From NCBI RefSeq assembly GCF_902652985.1, contig NC_047019.1:35464001-35528000 (forward strand): DNA of 64,000 bases, written 5' to 3'. Below are positions 13,501-28,600 of this stretch, piece by piece. Positions within the stretch are counted from its first letter, which is position 1. Each line of letters begins with the position of its first letter. The notes under the pieces are model-generated. The model searched no databases. It saw only the letters and a list, made by a program, of their open reading frames with translations, and was not told the origin of the DNA. A program made the position numbers and the translations under genes. The stretch comes from Pecten maximus. Lineage: Eukaryota.

Positions 13501-15864
13501 AAACTGTGTATATGTCCCAGGGAATTCCTGGAATTTAGACTTAAGTGTTTATAAATCCAAACTGTCAAATCTGACATCTTTTTATCGGCCTCATTTTGTT
13601 ATAGCAGAAAATTATCAGAATCAAATATTTTTCTTCATCACAATGCATTTGATTGTTTTATGTAGGAGTTCACAGGCATATATATAATATTATTAAATGT
13701 CTACACAAATATATTAATAGAAAAATATGGTACTGTTGTTATTTTTTCTTCCTTATACCTCGATCAGCACTGCGCAGATAGATATGACTTGGACAATGTA
13801 TAGGAACTGAAAGTTGCAAGTCAATCATGAATCTAATGTTAGCCTTACATGATTGACTTAATGCCAACATGTATAGTAGTGTAGTACACCAACACATTAC
13901 TTCCTCGCTTGTTTTTTTCTTCTTATCTGGGTCACCCAGGGTGCCTTAATTATTTCTGTGTTATGAATCCTGATGTATTTACATTAAATTTTCATAATGA
14001 TACCGATATGTGGTTAAGAACTGTGACAGAAGGTAACAAAGCTTACATGTGCAGGCAACCGAGACTAGCATACCTTGACTAGCATACCTTGTACTACATA
14101 ACGGCTAGGGTGACCTCATCTGGTACAGATCAATAACACAAGCCTAGGTACACTCATTAAGTTTTGTTTAACTAAGTAATCAATAGATCCTAGTCAATCA
14201 TGGGAACTCTTTGTTTGCAGGGGACAGGAGCAGATGGTTTATAGGTCCATCACTGACCGAAGCCTTGTGTGGACAGGAGAAATCTACTGGACCTTTGTTA
14301 AATATCTCCACATTACCAAGATTTATTGATTTAGCCAATAACTAATAAATCATCACATTTAGCCAAACGGTCAGCTCAACCCCTTTATCCCAACAGATGG
14401 TTGCTATTGTAGGGGTAAGAGTTACAGGTCAAGCAATTTGATGGGGACAACTATGGTATTATAAGGGCACCAGGGGCAACTCCATAGACACCGATAGTAT
14501 GTGGGCAGGCAACAGATAGTTCATGACATCTGTCATTCTTGTCAATGTCATCATACCAATGTGTCAATAAAATGAATAATGTCATATTGAATTTATATTG
14601 TTCTGACACAGAAGGATCAATATTATCAAATTTTCTTGAACAAAACACCCAAAACTAAAATGTGCACCATATCTAATTTCATTATACATACTGAAAGTTC
14701 TGAACGTCATCCTGATAAATTATTAATTTGTAACAATTGTACAGTTATAATTATGAATTCATTATACGAAAGGACCTAATAAAAAGTAACAGACATTAAT
14801 GAAAGTGTTTAGGACTGTGCCAACATAATAGTGGGCTGATTACAATGGTAGAAACATGGAAATATATTACCTATAAGTACTGTCTGACCTTGTGATGTGG
14901 TCTGGTATTTTATATCATTGATTTTTTTAAACCAGTAAAAACCTTGCCTGAGTCACAGTCATGTTGTGTAGAGCTTTGCAACAATATGGATTCCACAACC
15001 ATCAAATGTACAGCTTATGAAAAAAAATTAATTTTACTGGGATGTTTTTATGTACTGAATTAATGTAGATCTATGTACACCTGTTCTGGAAAATGACATC
15101 CTAAGTGCCAAAAGGAATTTAAATTATGGGAAAGAAATACATTTCAATTATCGGTCTTGGGATTATGATTGGAGATAAAATATACAGAATGTCTGATTGT
15201 CAGATGAAAAACCATCCAACCAACAAATACTTTGAATGACTCGATGGGTGTGAGACTACCATCAGGAATGTTGAATGGGGTCAGGTAGTATGAGTATGCC
15301 TACGCGCCTAGCTGTTGAAAGCCCTCTGCTGACCTACTTGTGTAGGCGAAAGTGGGAAAACAAGCATGAACTTGGTGAAATCTTTTTTAAATGACTGTAC
15401 ACTTTCATGTAAACATGTATGTGTGGGACATTTAAATTTTAATTGCATGACTTAAATACCAAATAAGATAATCTAATGATGTCATGCTGTCACTCTATCA
15501 CTCTATCAACAGTGTTTAATGTACAATACATGTTCAATAAAAACAAAATAAAATATATATGTAATTAATTAGAGTATCTGCCAACTAAAGTGAACTTGAA
15601 ATTAATTTACATAAATTGAAATGAAATAAAACTTACATGATGCCAATGACGACTAGTCCCAGCTGGTAGTTTTTTCCAACGTTTAACCAACAAAACACAA
15701 GCATTGCAAATTTCTCCAGCTCTTTTTTCGTTTATCCTGAAGCACTTTTCAAATTCACATTCGTACCTCTTACTGTCAGTGAACCGTGAGCTAGAGGACT
15801 TTGCCCTACATATACAACATCCATTGATGCTCCTGTAGATTTTAGGTTTGTGAAAACTGAACAT
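7592..15864 (-). CDS. SINHCAF: SIN3-HDAC complex-associated factor (FAM60A), 4 coding exons, about 290 aa
   Basis: Exons 15864-15637 (MFSFHKPKIYRSINGCCICRAKSSSSRFTDSKRYE...CNACVLLVKRWKKLP), 10410-10263 (VVDARAGPG...), 8392-8233 (...SFLDLSYWK) and 7928-7592 (KTQVCCGTIFKGLNGEVLVDP...stop). All junctions are GT-AG and in phase, totalling 873 nt. Both signature FAM60A blocks are recognisable. Confidence 0.95.
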
Positions 15865-16955
15865 TTTGCATCAATAGCAAAATTCTGAAATAGAAAGAAA
15901 AAATTCTTAGCTTCATTGCATTAATGATGACAGTTATATCATCTGAACTATGCATAAATTATTAACATAAGCACATAGTGATAATTTAAAAGGGCGTAAC
16001 GTGCTCTACACACTAACTTAGTATAATTGGACAGATGAGTGCAGAAACAAAATGCAATCAGTGAATCATACTTACACAGTCTCAGACCTAGGCCTACTAG
16101 ACCCAACTTCAGGACACATATGCAAAATGCCTGTGTGTACAATTATGACAAGTGTCAATATGCAGATGTTGCTGCTAACAGCCTGTTACACACATCTAAG
16201 TGTAATGCAAGAGTGTCCAATTGATTCAATCTAAATTATCCGTTGCACATACTGCCCTAAACTGAAGGTCTATGCACGGGGTAAAAACCCATATATCTTC
16301 TGTGACCTCGGATAAAAATAGCCCCCTCAGCAGACGCCGGGCCGAAATTGTAATGAAAATAGGCCTACTGTAGTAATGCAGCGAAATATAAACCATTGAT
16401 TTTTGTTTCGTTTCCAATCGCTGGTCAGAATCACGTACATGTGCACGCTTGACACCTCGTATCCAATGAGAGGAATCGATAAAATGGGGGACTTTCCCGG
16501 TAACTGTGTCACTGACCGACGGGTTACGGCTCACAGCGTTTTCCTATTTTGGAACAAAGGAATTTCTTTGTAGGCCAAGCGCAGACTCAGTCCCGATTCG
16601 TGCACATACATGTGTCTGGCAACCCAATAGATTTGCCGCTAATGTACAATATGTTATGTCAAATTAAAAACGTTAAAAGTAATGTAAATTGTTTGAAAAC
16701 ATACTATAAGAGTAAATAAAGTGTAATCTTCCCATTACGTAGACTGTCAACTACTAAAAATCCATTTTACGGTCAGTGTCCCCGAGGATCTGTTGCGAAC
16801 CTCTTCTTCGCACCGAACACTCCCATTCTCAACGTCGCTAGGTCAAACGAAATCGAAGTCGAATTTCAACTATACCAGGAAATAACAACTCATGAACTTG
16901 ATTGGAAAAGTTAAATATACTCTTTAGAAATATATTAAGCATAAAATATTCTTAC

Positions 16956-17505
16956 CGATTTCGTTCTTTTCGTTGTTTCCAGAGAAAATATTCAACCGCA
17001 CGTAATGATATCCTCAGTTGAACTGATATCAGATGATCAATGAACACGCATGTGCGCGGCCTTTTGTTATGCAAATCATGAACTCTGTACAAAATCCTTC
17101 GAAATACATCAGAAATACCTTTTATTACAGGAAAAGACAAAATACTTAAAATCTGGACGTATAATGTGTAAATAAATAATAAATTCTTTAAATTTATAAT
17201 ATTGAATTAAATCTCGCGAGAGCTAGATTGGCAAGTTATTATGGGATAGGAGAAAGATCGTTGATCCGCCATATTGAATGAAACTGCAGAGGAATTCCCG
17301 CCTGAGATGTTGATTTTCTCGTAGATTTGCCGAATTTAAGAGTGCATCGTTGCCTTCAATTGCTTGTTGATAACAATATGACATTCAGTTTCCTGGTGAA
17401 CGTTTCATGATTTAAAAGATTGAGTGACACTTGCTTTCAGATTATCAAATGTGACGGAAGACGAGAGCTTCTAGCAGTTTATTTTTGTTTCTTGTTTTCA
17501 CATAG
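16956..17505. promoter_or_regulatory. Putative bidirectional promoter with non-coding first exons of SINHCAF (-) and PPP6R3 (+)
   Basis: CpG-enriched stretch between the divergent genes. It has a - strand donor (G|GTAAG at 16956/16955) and a + strand donor (AG|GTGAG at 17505/17506). Motifs include TCTCGCGAGA (17212-17221), ATTGG CCAAT box (17227), YY1-type CCGCCATATT (17266-17275) and NRF1-like CGCATGTGCGC (17047-17057). TSS positions are inferred. Confidence 0.6.
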
Positions 17506-18513
17506 GTGAGCGATCACTCCCCTCTATCGTTTGATACACTGTGTTGTGATAATCAGAATTGTTAACTATACGAATGTTTTGATATTTTATTGATGTCTTG
17601 TTTATTGTTTGCATTTCTGTATTATGAGATGAAAATGAATACCAACATGACCCTGTTGTTATCAGTATCATACAAATAAAAATACGTGACATTCTGAACT
17701 TTTAATTAATTACGACTGTCATCAGGTACTGAATCATCGTCTAATTAGGATATGGTTATGTATTGTGAAATCTTAACGTGTCTGGTTCAAAGAACGATCG
17801 ATTCGAACCATCTAGAGGAATGCTTTCAAGAGTAAAGTTCGAAGACTGCGCCTTATTATAATCGTCATATTATAATTTGATAACTCTAACTCGACAGCGA
17901 ATCTCAAGACGTAATAAACTAATAATACAGCTGATATATGGTAATACATTATATACATCTTAAATTCTTTAATCATTATGTAACAGGAAATTAAATAGTG
18001 TGTCTCTACTGGGAATCAAATCTGATCTTTGGCCTGCAAGCCAAATGGAGACCCCCCTTCAAACCCCACGGTACCAAAACTAAAGGGAAATCATATGCAA
18101 TTAAAATCTGTCCTCCTACTTCTGCCTTTCATAGGTCTTTAACCCAAAACACAACATAGTGCCCTAACAAGGGAGCCAATCTGCGACCTTTCATTACTTG
18201 CCATCCAATAGGTTCACATTACTGATGTAATGTGTAAAAATGGCAAGTTTATGGTACTGCAATTGATGGTTGTTGGCAAAACACTCTATCCATTCATCTG
18301 TTTGAAATGCTAACAGTTTTCAAAATATTATAAATTCAGATAACCTTTGGGTTCTAGGTTGGCCTGTCATATCTTAAAAATGATAGAGTTCAAAATGACT
18401 GACTGTAGTCGTTTCAAATTTTGTCATGTGAAATTAACTAGACAAAAGGCAATATCTTATTACAAATTGCCATTCTAATCAAAAGATTGCAGGATGGTGC
18501 ACTCTCATTGAGA

Positions 18514-18730
18514 GGGGCTGTGGCGGCTCAGTTGGTTAGAGTGTCAACTACATAACTGAAGGTGAAGGTGCATGGTTTGATGCTCCCTAACAGTGTTTGT
18601 TTGTGTTTCTCTGGAAGCTAAGAAAGGGCTAGCCTATCTTGCCATGCTTGTGTCCTTGGGCAAGACACTTTAACCCTTTTGCTCCAGATGGCATGCAGTG
18701 AGCCTCCTGTATGTTCTGTGATTTTCCTAG
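18514..18730 (+). mobile_element. Degenerate tRNA-derived SINE with CORE/MIR-like segment
   Basis: A-box-like GGCGGCTCAGTTGG, degenerate B-box GGTTTGATGC, and GTGTCCTTGGGCAAGACACTTTAACC resembling the CORE-SINE consensus. Confidence 0.55.
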
Positions 18731-19696
18731 TAAGCTACCCTTATTGTACAGGGGCCTGTACCTTTTCTTTTGGGATTTTTTTTTTCTATCTTTGCTAACT
18801 GAGGAAATATTATCAACAGATCTTGATCTATAAATAATCTATAGCTTCTATAAATAAAAATCAGTGGCATTATTACATCTGCTCGTGAAACATTACATGG
18901 AATACATGTACATGGACAAAAACAAATTCTGATTGGGAAAATATGAACATGGAACTGGGCAAAACAATGAAATTTCACTATGGGTAAAGGCCTTTATTTC
19001 GGCCAAAATGTACCCTGAAAAAAAGTGGCTGTTTAGTGAGGTACTCGCCAACTACAAGGAGACCATGCCTCAAAATGACCTTGGCTGTTCATGGGGCAAT
19101 AAACACAGCAAACTTAACAAATAAACTTTCAATTAAAAAGACAATTTCAAACTTGATTGTTAATAAGTGGATACCCTATATTATATTGCTTTAATCATTT
19201 GATTTAATGATGTATTAACACAAGACAGTGGTATACATGACGGAGCACTGCTCAACAATTGTCTATATGATCATTTCTTATTATTATAAACAAGAAGAAC
19301 CGGAAAGAGTCATGGTTCTGCAATGTCTAGCGAATGATGGTGTTTTTATTAATAAACAATGAGAAATATTTCAACTTACATTTTCAAGTTGTTGTGAACT
19401 TATAATATTAGAATTATATAACAGTTCCTTTTACTAAATTTGTACACATAAAATGCATAATTTCTTGCAAAATAAAATTTCAAACAGACCCTTAAATCAA
19501 GTGAGGGCCATGTTTATCAACTCATTACAAACAGTGTGCTGTGAAGCTACCAAAAGGTTTATAATGTCTTATAATCATTAATGTAATCTGCATTATTGAA
19601 TCAACCGTAACCAGAGTCCAACATTATTTAGAATTGTATCCATATCATATAATTAAAATGATTAACCTGTCTCCATTTATCTTTTCAGCTGCCAAG

Positions 19697-22600
19697 ATGT
19701 TTTGGAAGTTTAATTTATTAACATCTTCTCATATCGACACCTTACTGGAAAAGGAGGTAATTGCTCTACAGCTTATAAAACTATGTGCAGGGCTTCCAGT
19801 AACCTTTGAGAGTATGTTTTTCACTCCTTAAAATGAGATATGACTCTTTGGATTAAAGGGACATATCTCAGGGCATTTTCTAGGGGCTTTTGGGGGCCAT
19901 TAATAGGCCCCATTCCCAATTGAAATTATTTCAAATTTAAGCCAAATTCCCAAAATTTGCAGTTTACTCCTGAAAAAATCTTTCCCAATTCATTCATTTT
20001 CTTCCCCAAATGAGACAAAAAGGCCCCTTCCCAAACCAGTTAGAAAAAGCCCTGTATCTACTTATCATGTTTTGACCCTTCATTCATTCTTAGAAATAAT
20101 CATTTGACCACCTAAACTGTTAAAAATCAAGGGTCAACTGGATGCCCTGATCATGCGATTACAATTATATAGACATTAAGCTGACCATAAGATGGTTGGC
20201 TGGTTCATTCCAGGATCATCTGTACTAAAGTAGTTGTTTCTGATGTTTCTCCAGAGACATGTCAGATTTTAGGTGTAGATTCTTTTGGGTCTGTGATTTG
20301 CATGTTGGCTTTTTTTTTTATTGATGGTAACCATGGCTATGAGATGGTCATCCCTGAATTTGATAGTTAAATGATGTAATTTGAATTTTTTAGAAAGTAC
20401 TTGATGTATCTTTTATCTTATTTCAGAAATATATTCATCTTGATTCTTATTACAACATAAGTGTTTAATATTGAGATGTAAGAACAAGGTGAATTGCCAG
20501 AACGCTGGTGGCCATCTAGATTTGCCTGACACTGGTTTACACTGGCTAACAAATATGAGAGGATTGTCGTTGACTAAACTGTTTTAAAATTAATTGGATC
20601 ACCAGTATTTCTAATGAATTTACACAGAATTGTAGACATTGTCAGTAAAGATATGACCAGCATACTCTTTATAGAGTTGTATCATTATAGGAGTTCGGCA
20701 GCAATCAGCTCACAAAAAAAGTATATTAAAAGCATTATTTAGGCCTAAGTCACACTGCCAATTTTCTAAAATTCTTGCATCATGATAGAAGAGTTCAAAG
20801 TTTATAGAGCATTTGTAAAATACTTCAAGATTAAAATGTTAAGTTTATGGATTTTCTTCAGAAACTTGAGAAAGATGTATTGAGTTAGTTGATTAATATT
20901 ATTTGGTTGACATTATGATGTTACAGGATGTGACCCTACATGAGCTGATGGATGAAGATGACATCCTACAAGAATGTAAAGCACAGAATAGAAAGCTCAT
21001 TGACTTGTAAGTTTGGTGTTGATTTAGTTCTACTGTAATGAGAGTGTTTTCAAGTTCATTTAAATCTGTTTCATTGTGAAGTTTATTTTTTCATTTGTTC
21101 ACATTTATTAATGATAGAAAATTTCTTTCAGCATCATCCGTCCGGAGCACATGGAGGAAATGGTTAATATGATAACAGTAGAACCCTCAGAAGATGTGGA
21201 AGAGAAAGTCAAATACAAGTAAGTTTATGTATAACACATAACATTTGTAATGTTTACAAAAAAGATGTGCTCTAAATATGGTTTGTTATTGGTCAAGTTA
21301 AACTTTTTGATAGATTGCATCTTACGGTTTCTTGTTTCTGAGGACAATGCATGCATTCCCAAGGAATGAATGGGGTGTTCAACAATCCACAGTTTCCAGC
21401 ATCATTGATTTACATATTATTCTTTTATATAATTTACTTTCATGTGTTATGAACATTTTCTTCATATGCTGTGTTAGCAGTTCCTGCATAGGGAATAAAA
21501 ATTGCCCCTGGTAACGACTGTTTGAATAGGATTTGTTTTCAAATGATGTTGTTAGTGTACAATATGTTTTTTTATTCTGTAGATACCCAAACACTTCATG
21601 TGAGCTGTTGACATCAGATGTTTCCCAAATCAATGATGCTCTGGCAGGTAGTGAGGCTCTGATACACAAGTTGTATGCCTTTCTAGAGACAAACGAGACC
21701 CTGAACCCTCTCTTGGCCAGCTTCTTCAGCAAGGTCATGGGTCTCCTCATCACAAGAAAAAGTGAAATGGTAAGTCTAGTCTTACCGCACTGGTAACTTT
21801 TATATCTGATTTATGGGCCTATCATTACAGTTCCATTTGTGATACCGTAATACAGCATTCTGTTTACCATAGATTTCTTCAAAGAAGTTTCTACTGTTCA
21901 GCAGCGATCTGCACTTTTTCAATTAGTGTACTTGCTTACAGTAATATTTTGAAAAATGAAGCCCAGTACATATTTTCAAATTGGATATTGAATATTTTCA
22001 GCAGATTTACCTAAAAAAACATTTTGCTAGTGAAATTGTCAGCTTTTCTAATCTGTATGTGTTGAATGGAAAATCAAATTATGATTTGAAGGGAAAATAG
22101 ATACTTAAATACTGACAAATTGAAAAAAAAAGAAAGTGGAGACAAGCAAGATTTACCTCTTTGTAAAAGATCAATGGCAATTGATCAATAGTTACTGAAA
22201 ATATGTAACTGATACTGGCCGCAGGAAGGACAGAGGGTGATAGTCTGTTGCTAACAGTTCTACATCCAGTTTTTAACGTCGGGATGCCTTTGGCACCTGC
22301 CGTTATAGTCGTGGTGGGAAAATGTTGTTGGTGACACTTTTGTTTCCGGCTCACAATTCCTCTTTTCTGTCATACAAATGATATACATCCGCAGCCTAAT
22401 ATAGTTCCTATTTTGATAGCAATTATTGACACGATTTAACTGATATAAACCGTGTTGATTTAACTGATATAAACCGTGTTTATTGCAATTATTTAAAATG
22501 AAATGTGAATGTTTGGCGTTGTAGACTATTTTAGAGTATAAATATAAACATTTTCCTCGTCAGTATATGCAATTTGTTGGCGTATGATTACGTAGTTCTG

Positions 22601-25600
22601 TCTCGATCCTGCCTTGAAAACCAAAGTAAAAAAACCAGTTTGATCGTCGTGGAAATTTACATGCATTCACAGAGAAACTATACACATGTCTTAGACTCAT
22701 AATTATGTTCATCCTGAGTTCATATGCAGGAACATTTCATATAAGCCTAAAACCAACCCTATTTACGTAGTCAAATGCACCCGAGCATTCCACGAGATAA
22801 CTTCAGCTGTCACGTTACTCGTCACTAATCGGCCAAAATGGCTGTTATGTCTAATGTAACTAAACCAACGACCGTTCGCAGTTTCATATTCATTTGTTTG
22901 TCGCTAGAATATGCAAGAAATATCACCAGGAATTGAAGGCAAGTTGTAACAAACTACATTGCCGTTTTTCGTGAGGATTTCATTAAATAAGGTTATTATT
23001 TGTTTATTTGAAAAGAATCTAACTATTATGATCCGTGACTGATGTATTGGCGTCTTGTCAAAACTAGATATGTCTCGTCGGACAATGCGACCGCAATTTT
23101 CTATCTGAGTTAAAATATGGTATTAGGGGTCATAAAATGTATGTTTGCTAGGCCTAATTAACATCTTATAGTATAAATAAAATAATAAAACTTAGGCAGT
23201 GTACATCTTGGATTTTATCTTTGGTTGTACAACATGTTCTGTTAATAGACCGATTTGTTGTTCAGTTGATTTTTTTCAAAGTTTACAAGCAGCTTTACTG
23301 ATTCAGGAGTACAGTTGTATATCAATAATCTTCCACAAGCATTAAAGAAATAGGGAAAGAACTATACTCAGCTATTGGAAAGTTGTCAGCAGATAAATTT
23401 GTCATAGATTTACATGTTTTCTTGAATATATATAGAATAGGAATAACCAGATTAAGACATTTCATCTGATACAAATGTAGCTGTCTGACTATAAAATCCA
23501 ATGTTAAATTTCATATTATATGACCTCAGACCCTGACGTTTCTCAGGGCCTTTGGTCCTTTGATTTTTGCTAGTCTTTGGCAAAAATATTGAAATATTGG
23601 TGAATTTTAGAGTTTACTTATAACTTACTATACTGACATAGTGTAATAGACAGGACAAGTGATTATGTGTAACGCATCGTATTCTTACTTCTGAATTTTC
23701 TTTTACAGATATTTGAATTTTTAAAGTCCAGAGATGATTTTATTGGGACACTTTTAAAACACATTGGCACCTCAGCAATAATGGACCTTCTTCTCAGGCT
23801 TCTTACTTGTGTTGAGTCACCTGAAATCAGGAGAGCTGTGATAGAGGTAAGGGCATGTTTGACATGGATATTTCTAAAGGTATTGTATAATTTATGGTTA
23901 AGCACATAAGTTCTTCTGTTGATAAAGTACACAGGTCAAAGTACATTATTACAATGAAATATTGGCACAGAAATTGAATATATTAGGCAAAAAATTTAAA
24001 AAAAAAATTACTTGGTCCTCAGGCCCGTCAGCATCCAAAAAAATGTAGCCGCATTACCGATTATATATTGCAAAAACAATCAAATAAAATTGCTCTAAGG
24101 TAAACTTGGCAGAAAAAAGTCCGGAAAAATTGTTCCGTATTCCGGTTCGTGCTTCAGTCTCACCAAGCGTATGAACGAAAAGCAGTTACAAGCGCTAAAA
24201 AGACCTTGCTAGTTGATGCAAATGGCTGACTGGTCTATCTCCACGCAGACAATGGCTTTGATATCCGTGTACACACTGTGCAGAATTGGAAAGCATCAAC
24301 AATAATACTGCCATGGAATATACTTGGGGGGGGGGGGGGGGGGGGGTCGAAAGCTTGTACAATGGCAGAAATATACACTTTGATACAGGATGGACCCATG
24401 GCGATTGCAGCCTTCAACGTTTCTGGACAAACTGATAGAATGCCATGTTTTGTTTTTGTAAAAAATTTTGATTGAAATTGATAATACAGAAGTTCCCTCA
24501 AAGAACATATTAAAATATTTCATTTTGATAGGAATAAGAAATGCAAAAAAAAAATCCTTTATTCTTTTAAAAATTGGCCTGAGAACCAACTAATTGATTT
24601 TATATGGCCTTAGTTTGTATATATTGATTTCAAAGTGTTTCTGTTGTTGTTTCAGTGGTTAAATGAGAACCAGATTGTAGAAAAATTGGTTGGATGCTTT
24701 AAGACATCAACTGATGAAGATGTAAGTAAAATATTGAATATGCAGGAAATATTACCTTTGAAGACTACTATTTCTCTCCCAATGGTATGTAATGTGTAAT
24801 GTCTAAGATAGTCTTACTTGGCATTTCAATTTAATTGTGATGTCACAAGGATGAGATTGACCAGAATATTTTTTTGGTTTACCTGTTGTAAATGTCATGT
24901 CAAGAATTATGTTGACAGGCAAATATTGTTTTTCTCACAATACATAGAATTTTATTGAGTTATTTACTTATCTATGCAAGTATAGAAAGAGAAATGTTAA
25001 ATTCTGTCATTAGATATTCAGACTCAGAATGATGTGTAGCATTTCATAAATCTGCTTTGCTTGTACTTTATAAATGATGTTGCATTAAAATATCAGAATT
25101 AACATTGATAAATTTGAGAATGCTGTTTATTAATATGGTTTCAGGTTCACTGCAATGCAGCTCAGTCTCTATGTGATATTGTACGACTAGGGAGGGAACA
25201 GCTTTCACAACTACAGGACAAGCCAGAGCCTGACCCTCTGCTCAACACAGTGGAAATGTAATTTCTCATTTTTTACATTCCTTAGGTTTGGGACAGGGGA
25301 CTTTAGAAACAAACTATGAGAACATTGTGGTAATATACCCAAAATGTATCATGTGTCTACAAAAAAAATTGAAAATGAATACACTGATCATATTTCTTTA
25401 ATTCCGAGCCCACCATCATCAGATTGATTATCAAATGTGCTTTTCTCCAGTGGTGGGTCATCCCTTTATAATTATTTGTTTTTGACATAATGAGATATGT
25501 TGAATGATCTCGTTTTAAAATGCAAAAGAAATGAAGATTCAGCTTCCTATCAACACTTAATTACCTTTCATTAGTTGGTGATAAGATCTGTTTTTGGTGT

Positions 25601-28600
25601 GGCACTGCTGTGGACAAATTGAAAGGGCAGTGGTCGTTCATTACAACATTTAAAATGATATCTCATGAACTCGTGGACAGATTTATTTTATGGGTGAGGG
25701 GAAGGGGGAATATATATATATATGTGTGAGCCGCTACTGGCTTTTATTTTATTTTTTTGTACAAAAAATGTATTGCTCCATTACAGGGAGGAGACAGTGT
25801 CCGACCTGCTCAGCAACATGTTGGACACTGAACGCAACGAGTCTGTTATAGTAAATGGTTTATCTGTGATACAAACCCTTTTAGAATTTAGGAAACAAGG
25901 GTGAGTAGTTGAAACTCATTGTGTCTTTAAAAAAATAATTTACTTTTCATTTAATGATAAACAGTTATCAAGAATTTAATTGTTATACCTCTTGCATAGA
26001 TCTGAGTCTGACAGATTCCAATTAGTTGACTTAAAGTTTTGAAATGATTCTAATTTCATTATTAAGCATCCATACCTTCATGTGACATAGGCATCAGTCG
26101 TCAGGCTGCTGAGTTGAAATATAACAGCAACTTGTATAACTTCTTTTGAAGGTGTTATGCTGACTAAAGTTTATATGTGGCTATCGTCCTGAGAGCCACA
26201 TTTCAATAAATGTGTAAATATTGAGGTTACTGATGCTACCAGTGAGGTATGCAAACTTGCCATTGTTAATATATATGTATGTAACTATGTATTTTCAGTC
26301 CTGAAGGATCAACAGAACATATTTCAACACTAGACACAGAACGATTAGCCCAAGGTGTTAGTAATGTTTTGTTAGCAATTACACCCAGACTACGGGATTT
26401 CCATAATTTACTCACAGATCCACCCAAGGTAGGTATCCTTTTATTAGCTCATCTGGCCTGAAGGTCCAAGTGAGCTTATGGCATGGTTGGGCATCTGTCG
26501 TCTGTCAGTCCATCCAGCTTCAACATTTCTATTTAAACCATTTCTTATTAACCAAGAGTCCCAGAGTCATATTTGGCTGGTGGGTTCCTGAGATTGAGGC
26601 AGACACAGTTGGTGAAAAGAAATTACCTTGACCTGTATAAAAGTTGTTAAAACATTAGAAAGATGTCTTGACACAAACCAAAAAGGCCTAGAATCATGAT
26701 ATTTGGCTGGTTGGTTCCTGGAACAGAGCTCAACAGAGTATAAAAAAACCCTGAACCATGTTAAGTCAAAGAAGTGTATTAACAGGTCTATAATAAAATA
26801 CATTAGTTTAGAAATAAGAATTTAGGGAAAAGTGGCAGCAATACAAAGTATCCCGTGATATATTGATGATGAAATTGTCATTGTTGGTAAAATCTCAGAA
26901 TAAGTTCTGGATATAAAAAAAATGTTTACAAGCCTGACTATCTGTTGAATATGTAATTCATGAATTTTAAATGCCTTATGTAAGTTTTCTTTTCATCTTT
27001 GCAGCAAAAGTTTTGTACGATGCCTACATCAATAGGGACACTTGAACCACCGCTGGGAAACACCAGACTGCAAATAGCCCGTCTTGTATCAGCACTCACG
27101 TTAACCAATTCACATTCTGTTACTGTAGAATTAGCCAATTTGGGGACCATGGGGGTTTTAGTAGTAAGTATTTTATGCTGTACTAGAAATGGAGTTCCGT
27201 ACATTGTGTCAAACAAATTGATTAATTAGGGCTGAGAAACTGTTGTAGAAGCCCTTTTAAGTAATCAGTGTCCCTTAGTCTCCCCACTACTAGCACTTTG
27301 TCAATAGAAGTTTTCTCAGAGTCCTGAATGTTAACATTTCAGATATTACACAGTGATATGTAAATGTACAATAGGTTGGAGTCAACAGGTCTTGGTAATG
27401 AGTCATGATGAAATTTTGTATCTTAACTAAATAACTAATACCTAATAGGCAAAAAAATTCTTCATCTGGTCATAATCAAACAACAATAAAATTTTGTAAA
27501 TGGCATGAAGCAAAGTTGATTGTAATCAAACAATTAGTTTGTTATGATACTTTTCAAAGGAAAGTTAACATGGGAAATAAATGAGCAAAAGGTCAAATAC
27601 CAAAGTGGCTGGTACCTTGGATGTGCATGACTCCTACTTGATGATTATGGGGGATATTACATTAGTATAATGTATACACCTGGCCCTTCCTGAACTTAGA
27701 CAGTATCACTTGTGAAGAAAAAACTTAATTGGAAGAATTATTTAAGATTTCAACAAAAGTCCCTGGTGAACCAAATAGAATGTTCATTAAAATGATATGG
27801 AGTATGTACTTAAGTGTAATGTAAATTGTTTTTGCAGGATTTATATTTCAAGTACTGTTGGAACAATTTTCTTCATACGCATGTTTCTCAATGCATCAAC
27901 ACTGTGTTATATAATTCTCCTATTGAATCTGATGGAAAGAAGGAGCACCTACTTTTAGTCCAGGTAAGTTTTCATTGTAAATCCTGTTCATTCCATCTAA
28001 ATTAACTGCTCTCTCTTAAACGAATTATGTCTTAATTGGATTCAATGCAACATCATGATTGGTCCTCAATTTCAATGCAACATCATGATTGGTCCTCAAT
28101 TAATAGTTCCTGCTGTTACTGGTTTATAATAATGTATATATGTTTGGTAGGCTTATCATACATAAAAAATATCAATAATATACTTGACAAATACTTCCTT
28201 GGCATTTTAGTTAACAGATAGGCACTTTAAATTCTAAATATAACACACAAAACATGTCCATTAAAATGTTTGTTTTGTCTGAAGTTATTTTCAGAATTCC
28301 ACCTCCTTCAGCGAATAATGGATGTGTGGGAAGAGAACGATCAGCAACAGTAAGTTTTTTTTTCTTAAGATTAGTAATGATTTGTTCTAGAGTTAACCTC
28401 ATCACAATGGCTGAGCAATAAGGTAGTCAAATTTGGTATACTTAATTCCTCATTCATGATAGAAAGAAACCTCTTGATTTTCTGAGGAGGTAAAAGGTCA
28501 AGGTCACTTTGATTCATGTCACAAAATCAGCTCCATGTAGATTATTCCAGGCAGTCATAATTTCATTTTGTAAATTACATGAAATGGAAAACAATGTAAG

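Noticed and set aside
22265-23115. CpG-richer intronic stretch with a 24-bp direct repeat, possibly a transposon
   Set aside because: Termini and TSD could not be defined, so it is left unannotated.
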